NCBI RefSeq assembly: GCF_009914755.1
Contig: NC_060934.1
From: the human T2T-CHM13v2.0 reference genome, Homo sapiens
Strand: one strand, 5' to 3'
DNA: 64,000 nt
The number at the start of each line of letters is the position of its first letter. The stretch's first letter is position 1. Positions 56,448 through 64,000 of this stretch are shown here, one piece after another. Under the pieces are notes generated by a model that saw nothing but the letters and a program-made list of their open reading frames with translations, was not told the DNA's origin and did no database searches. A program made the translations under genes and the position numbers.

Positions 56448-56728
56448 TATTTATTTATTTAGAGATGGGATCTTGCTCTGTCACCAAGGCTAGGTTGCAG
56501 TGGCATGATCATAGCTCACTGTAGCCTCAAACTCCTGGATTCAAGGGACCCTCCTACCTCAGCCTTCTAAGTACCTGGGACTACAGGCACAAGCCACCAT
56601 GCCCAGCAAATTTTTTAAAATTCTCCTTAGAGATGGAAGTCTCGCTATGTTGCTCAGGTTGGCCTCAAACTCCTTGCCTCAAGTGATCCTCCCATTGCAG
56701 CCTCCCAAGTAGCTGGGATTACAGGCAC
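56448..56728 (-). mobile_element. AluJ SINE
   Basis: J-type dimer, slightly 5'-truncated. Confidence 0.85.
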
Positions 56729-57148
56729 ATATATTATTTTGAAGTGTGTTATTTATTTCCAAATATTTAGGCATTTTATAGATATTTTTGTTACTAATAC
56801 CTAACTTAGTTTCTTTGTCATCCCAAACCATACTCTGCATTATTTCAATTGTTTCAAATTTATTGAGACTTGTTTTACAGTTGAGCATATGGTCCAACTT
56901 GGTTAATGTTCTATGTACACTTGAAAAAAATGTGGTTCAACTGCATTCTGTAAATGTGAATTGTCAGTCTGTTTGACAGTGTTATTAAAATCTGCTATAT
57001 CCTTACTGTATTTATTTTAATCTAGTCCTGTTAATTACTGAAAGAAGTGTTTCTAAATTTCCAACTATGATAGTGGATTTTTCTATTTTTTTCTCCTTTT
57101 GTTGTTATTTTTTTTCTTTGTATATTTTGAATCTCTGTTCTTCAGTAC

Positions 57149-57682
57149 TGTATTTGATTGCTGCTCTAAACAAATCATCACAAACAGTAGCTTAAAGCAA
57201 TCCAAATTTATTCTCTTATAGTTCCACAGGTTAGAAATCAATATGGGTCTCACTGGCCTAAAATCAAAGTATGTGGAAGGCTATCTTTCTTTTGGAGATG
57301 CTAAGGGAAAATCCATATTCTTGCCTTTTCTGGCTTCTATGGGATACCTGCAATCATTGGCTCTTGTTCCTCTTCCTCTATCTTCAAATCCAGCAATTGT
57401 AGGTCAAGTCCTGCTAACACTGCATTTCTCCAACCTCCTCTCTATTAAAACTCCCTATGCCTCCTCTTTATGCCTTCCTCTTCTACTCTTGTGGTTATAT
57501 TGGGTCCCTCTGGATATTCCAGAATAAGCTCCTTACTTTAAAGTCAGATGATTAGCAACTAATTCCATCTGCAACCTTAATTCCCCTTTGCCATATAATG
57601 TAACATATTTACAGGTTCTAGAGATTAGAATGCAGATATCTTTGGGGGAGGTTGGGGGAGGTTCATTATTCTGCCTATCACA
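57149..57682 (-). mobile_element. MLT1D-like MaLR solo LTR
   Basis: tgtatt...acaaatcatcacaaacagtagcttaaagcaa...gggtctcactggcctaaaatcaa ... ttattctgcctatcaca. Confidence 0.8.
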
Positions 57683-58506
57683 GGACAATACATTTACGAT
57701 TATTATGTCTTCCTGATGAATTGATCCTTGTATTGCTATGAATAATCTCCTTTTCTCTGGTAATCCTCCTTTTTTTGAAGCCTACTTTGCCTGAAATTAA
57801 TATAGCCTCACCAGCTTTTTATGATAACTGCTTGCATGACATATTATTCTCATCCTTTTATTTTCAATCAGTGTCTTTATATTTAAAGTGTGTCTCTTGT
57901 AGGCAGAATATAATTGAGTCTTCTATAGCATCCAGTCTGACAATCTTTGCCTTTTAATTACACTGTTTAGGACATTTACACTTAGTATAATTATTGATAT
58001 AATCATGGTTCAGTCTATCATTTTGCTATTTGATTTTTTTCCCATTTATTTTTTGTTCCTCTCTTTCTCCTTGCTTTTTTGAGGTTAATTCAGTATTTCT
58101 TATTTTAATCCTAATATGGCTTTTCGGCTATACTTTTTGTCATTATTTTTAAAGGGACTGCTGTAGTAATATAATTTTCACCCTTGCTTATCAGTCTTCT
58201 CAGAGTAAGTATTGTACTACTTATATAAAAGAATGTTGTAACACTATAATTCCATTTACTGACTCCTCTTTTTCTCATCCTTTGTGGTATTATTGCCATG
58301 TATTTTTACATCTACATATGTTATCAACCCCATAATACAATTTATATTTTTGCATGAATCATTATTTTGTAAATAAATTGGGGAAAAAGTAGCCTTTTAT
58401 ATTTAGCCACAAATGTACCATTTCCAATGCTCTTCATTATTTTTTGAGATCCAAGTTTCCTTCTGGTGCTACTGTCTTTCTGTCTGAAGAATTTCCTTTA
58501 GCATTT

Positions 58507-58916
<410 letters not shown>

Positions 58917-60302
58917 TAGAATTCTGGCTTTACATTTTTTTTTTCTTTATCATTTTAAGAATATTGTTCTGTTGTATTCTGTCCTCCATTGTTTCTGATG
59001 TCAAATAAGTCATCCTTTTCCCTATATATGAAGTGTTATTTTTGTCTGAATGCTTTAAAGATTTTTACGTTATTTTTGTTCTCAGCAGTTTGAGTATAAT
59101 GTGCCCAGATAAAATTTTCTTTGTATTTCTCCATCTTAGGGTTTACCTAGCTTCCTGAATCTGTAAATTAATATTTTCCACCAAAATTGGGAGAAGTTCA
59201 GCTTTGATTTAAAAAAAAAATTTCTGCCACATTTTCTTTTTCCTGTTCGTCTGAACTCTAATTGTGCATATGTTAGGCTATTTGGTATTAGCAATGAGGT
59301 CACTGACACTTTGTTCATTTTTTTCCGCTACTTTTTCCTTTCTCTTCTTTAAGTTGTATAATTTCTGTTGCTCAGTATGCAAGTTTACTCTTTCTTCTGT
59401 GGTTTCCAATCTCTTGACAAGCCCATCCAATGAGTTTCCATTTCAGATACTCTTCTTTTCACTTCAAGAATTCCATTTGGTTCTTTTTTATAGTTTCCAT
59501 TTCACTGCTGATATTTCTCCAGGCTAATATTTCTCAATATGGATATTTTCCCCATAACTCTATGAATATATAATATGAGTTATAATAGCTTCTTTAAAAT
59601 CCTTGTCAGCTAATTCTAATACCTGGGTCATCTCAAGGTTTCTATTTATTGCTTATCCTCTTCATCATGGTCATATTTTCCTGTTTCTTTGCATGTCTGG
59701 TAATTTTTTTTATTGTATGTAGCATAGTGTGGATGATATACTACAGAGATAGAAGAATGCTGATTTTGAATCTAGCAGGAAGTTAAATGAATGACTGATC
59801 TTCTTGTTCTTGTGAAGGCATCAGTTTATGATTTTTTTGGACAAGTCTGTTTTGGTTATATTTGAGTCTTAGAGCAAATCCTTAGTCTTGAGACAGACTT
59901 TACACCTAAGGCATAACTCTTTTAGATTTCACTGGATAAAAACAAGGTGTTTATCAAGTCCTTCTAAATTTGTGACATTCAAATTCCAACCTCTGTCTCT
60001 CATGTGACAAATGGCAGCTGAAATCTCTGTTCAACTTTTTCAGACTTCCAGCTGTTTCTTTTCACTAGGCTCCTTGGAATGTCTCATGAATATATACATT
60101 TCAGGGATCAGACAAAGATGTGAGGGAAGTTTATATGCATATTTTGTATTTTTACCTTGGAGTTCCTTCTTTTTGAGATTTCTACCCTCAATTTCCAGCC
60201 TTTGACTCCTTCTCCTTGACACTTCAAGCCAATATGAGCATGCATTTCTGTTTGAGTTCTAGTTACCTCCCGATGCATGAATTGTTAAATAACTACAGAG
60301 AA

Positions 60303-60607
60303 GGCCGGGTGTGGTGGCTCATGCCTGTAATCCCAGCACTTTGGGAGGCCAAGGCGGGTGGATCACGAGGTCAGGAGATCAAGACCATCCTGGCTAACAT
60401 GGTGAAACCCCATCTCTAATAAACATGCAAAAAAATTAGCCTGGCGTGGTGGTGGGTACCTGTAGTCCCAGCTACTCGGGAGGCTGAGGCAGGAGAATGG
60501 CATGAACTGGGAGGTGGAGCTTGCAGTGAGCCAAGATCGTGCCATTGCACTCCAGCCTGGGTGACAGAGCGAGACTCCATCTCAAAATAAATAAATAAAA
60601 ATAATAA
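60303..60607 (+). mobile_element. AluY/Sc-type SINE
   Basis: Dimer with TSD aataactacagagaa / aataactgcagtgaa. Confidence 0.92.
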
Positions 60608-61734
60608 TAATAACTGCAGTGAAAAAGTCAAATAAAAGTAGATCTCATGCAGTACTGTTCACTTCTTTCAAAGGTTGAATACTTTCCTTTGGTTTCTGCC
60701 TTTTTTGGTCATAAGCCAGTGGTTTTTTTTTTAATACTTTATATTTTATCATTGCTCTCTATATAAGGGTTATTACGATACAAGCTACTCCACTATACTT
60801 GTAATTATACTTTCATCTTAATAACTTTTTCTGGGTTTTCTAAATGGGTTGGTGGGCAGGACCAATTATTAAGTCATATATTTTGGTCCACAAAATATAG
60901 CAAACCCAAGAATATGCTTCCAAATCAAAATAGTCAAACTACAGAGATCTGTTTATTCATGACTTCAGACTTAGAATTTGGGCTGTTCAAGCTCCAAGCT
61001 CAACATCCCAATACTGAATTGATTCTTCTGGCCATCCATATGTAGTGACAAATGACAAATTCTATGTTAGTCTCCCCCAGCCTTTTTTTACTAACAATGT
61101 CCCTCAATTTCTTTACATTATTAGGACATCTTCACCTCAGTATTTCTCAGGATTGAAGAAACGTGGCATTTGGCTTTAATTTTCATGAAGTCCTCCTGGC
61201 CAGAATTGCCTGGGATTCTTCCATGACTTTTCCAAGTCTTCACTGAAAACTATGGCTGGAAAGGATAAATTGTAGATTCCAGGTGCTATTTGTCCTCTAA
61301 TGAATGCTGATCCTGGAGCCAAAAGAAATACAACCCCCTGCTTGCTTTTTAGGGTATTTTTGGAGTAGTTGCAAACAGTGATATTTATCTGGAGATATGG
61401 CCAATATTTTTTAAGTAGTCAATAAACAAAATGTATTTATTAAAAATGTATTTTTGCATCATAAAAATAATACTGTGCTCATTTCATTCCATTTGTGCCA
61501 GGAAGAGTACTTGAATAGAAAAGAAAAGCTTTCTCTTATCCCTCTCTGTCAGCCATAATAATTAAAGCCATACATTCTTAGCCAATAATATTTTTATGCT
61601 GATATCATTATCTTTCTCCACAAATCCTATAAATTCTTAAAGGTTCAGCCTTTATACTACGTTATCCAGATAGCCTTTTTGGTGAGGACACTGAACAGAG
61701 TTTCAGTAAAGGGACATTATCTTGTTATCAAAGC

Positions 61735-61950
61735 AGTAGTAGTTAAGACAATAACCCTTGGAGTGAGACAGACACAACTTTAAGTCCAACATTTTCCACT
61801 TTCTGTGTAATCTTTGGATTTTCTACAATTTCCTCTAAGTTAAAGTAAAATAGAGATAAAAATAGTCCCTAACTCATTTGGTTGTTGTGAGGATCAGATA
61901 CAATAAGGCATATAAAGTTTAAGAACAGTTCCTGGTACATTGTTATTTTT
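61735..61950 (+). mobile_element. MIR
   Basis: ttggagtgagacagac...gtaaaatagagataa...gttgttgtgaggat. Confidence 0.65.
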
Positions 61951-62089
61951 ATTGTCATTGTTATTTTTTCCACATAGTAAATGCCTAATAAACTATTGTC
62001 TAAATAAGTACTTGGTGAATTGAATAAGTGCCATTATGGTAGAAGAGAAAAACAAACAAATTACAAAAACAAGTCATAAGGAAAAAAGT

Positions 62090-62495
62090 AATTATAAATT
62101 ATTACAAGTGCTATTAAAAAAGAACTAAGAAAAAGAATGAAATGGGGGACCTGTTTTTGGATAGAATCATCAGGGAAGGCCTCTCCAGGAAATGACATGT
62201 AAGGTGAGACTTAAAAGATGAAAAGGAGCTGGCCACACGAAGAGTAGGGAGAACAGCATTTCAGGCAGAAGGACTAGCATATACAGAGATCCAGAGGCAG
62301 ATATGCACATGGACCTGAAAGAACTGAAAGACCACTAGTTAGCTGGGACAGAATAAGGGCAGAGTGGCACCAGATGAAATCAGAAAGTAGCAGAGGCCAA
62401 ACACAAAAGGCCAGTGTGGAGAGTTTGGCTTTTGCTCCAAGTGCAAAGGAGAGACATTGTGGGTTTTCAAGCAAGGGAATGACAAGATCCTCTAG
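62090..62495 (-). mobile_element. L2 fragment
   Basis: cagggaaggcctctc...gagaacagcatttcaggcagaagg...ggttttcaagcaagggaatgaca. Confidence 0.7.
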
Positions 62496-62530
62496 CTTAC
62501 TCAATCCATGACTCACACAAACAAACTTAA

Positions 62531-62959
<429 letters not shown>

Positions 62960-63943
62960 TTAGGTGGGGAACTTTTCTTCAGAGGGAGAAGCAATCTTAA
63001 TAAAGATTTAATCCACTTCATTTTCTTTCACATCTGTAATGAATCCACAGTGGATAGTGTGACCCACTTCAAACAGAGGATAGACAGAAGGAGTACATAC
63101 GCTAGGCAGGAAGGGTTAGAGTAATTGAGAAAGAGGGCCATTGCCAAGGCCTATGAGGGCCCTGAGTAAAAGCACAGTCTGAGTTGAGAGCACCACATTA
63201 GACAAGAGATGATTTGGAAGATATTGTGAAATAGATTTCTCAGAGAAAAGAAGAACAGGATTCCAGTATACAATTAGTGAGACATTGACTGTTAAGGGCT
63301 GGACCTTCTGGTACAAATGCCCTAAGGGAACTTATAGAATATTTAAATTTATTTATCAGATAATTGTATTTTTCATTATCCTGCAGTAACAGGTCTTTTC
63401 CATTGTAAGATTCTTCCTGCAATGTTGGAGTTTATTCCCTTTCTTGAAGCTGCTTCATCTTGATACTCTTTTTTTAAAAAAAAGCTGCTTCATTTTAGAG
63501 ACTCACTTGGCAATAATTAAGACCACTGACATTAATATAACAAAATGTTTCTATTTTCCCATGATATATTGAGCAATTAAAATTATTGCCTGTCTTATAC
63601 AAGGAAATTTATTCCCAAAGGAAAAGCCTATGGGAAAACAGTGGCATGCTCAGATCCCCATTACCTGTTCACTGATGACAGATTAATTTAAAAGGGTACA
63701 TAATAGCTGAAATCTCCAAAATGCGTTAGTTGTTTTCTTAAATTTTTCTGAAAACAACCAAACAAAATTATAGTACTATGAGACAGTATGTGCCATAAAA
63801 ACAACTTTGGAGTTACTTTCAAATTTTTTCCTGGAGGATGAAGGATAGCTTATTAAATGTCAGTTATGAACTTAGTGACAACTAATTATCTTTCATTTCA
63901 CAGCAGCTGATAATAAGTAAGAGCAAAAATGGTGAATACCTAC

Positions 63944-63991
63944 TGTTGCCAGGTAACTGCATCTACTGTACTTCCTGCCACCTTCATGAAT
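63944..63991 (-). CDS. HPSE2: Heparanase-2 internal coding exon (exon 6, 48 nt, phase 2-2): (G)FMKVAGSTVDAVTWQ(H)
   Basis: The minus strand reads tccttacag|ATTCATGAAGGTGGCAGGAAGTACAGTAGATGCAGTTACCTGGCAACA|gtaggt. The translation matches the HPSE2 sequence as I recall it and joins in frame to the exon at 11877-11970 (CA+T = His). Confidence 0.96.
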
Positions 63992-64000
63992 CTGTAAGGA

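Overview
Primate (human-like) genomic DNA lying inside the large heparanase-2 gene HPSE2 (human 10q24.2), which is transcribed on the - strand. Two coding exons are present: a 48-nt exon at 63944-63991 (FMKVAGSTVDAVTWQH, exon 6 by recalled numbering) and a 94-nt exon at 11877-11970 (CYIDGRVVKVMDFLKTRLLDTLSDQIRKIQK, exon 7). They are separated by a 51,973-nt GT-AG intron, and 1-11876 is the start of the next intron. The rest is intronic and rich in repeats: about 20 Alus, a full-length but dead L1PA15/16-type LINE, older L1M/L2/MIR fragments, MaLR and ERV1 solo LTRs, and Tigger/Charlie DNA transposons, several of them deeply nested. I found no bacterial-type system, CRISPR array or additional gene. 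The most interesting leads are splice-level: an in-frame 36-nt candidate microexon, an in-frame +42 alternative donor and basic read-through tail at exon 7, and a possible LTR-initiated antisense transcript. A few unusual retroelement structures are also noted. Repeat subfamily names come from by-eye recall of consensus sequences, and boundaries without a stated TSD are approximate.
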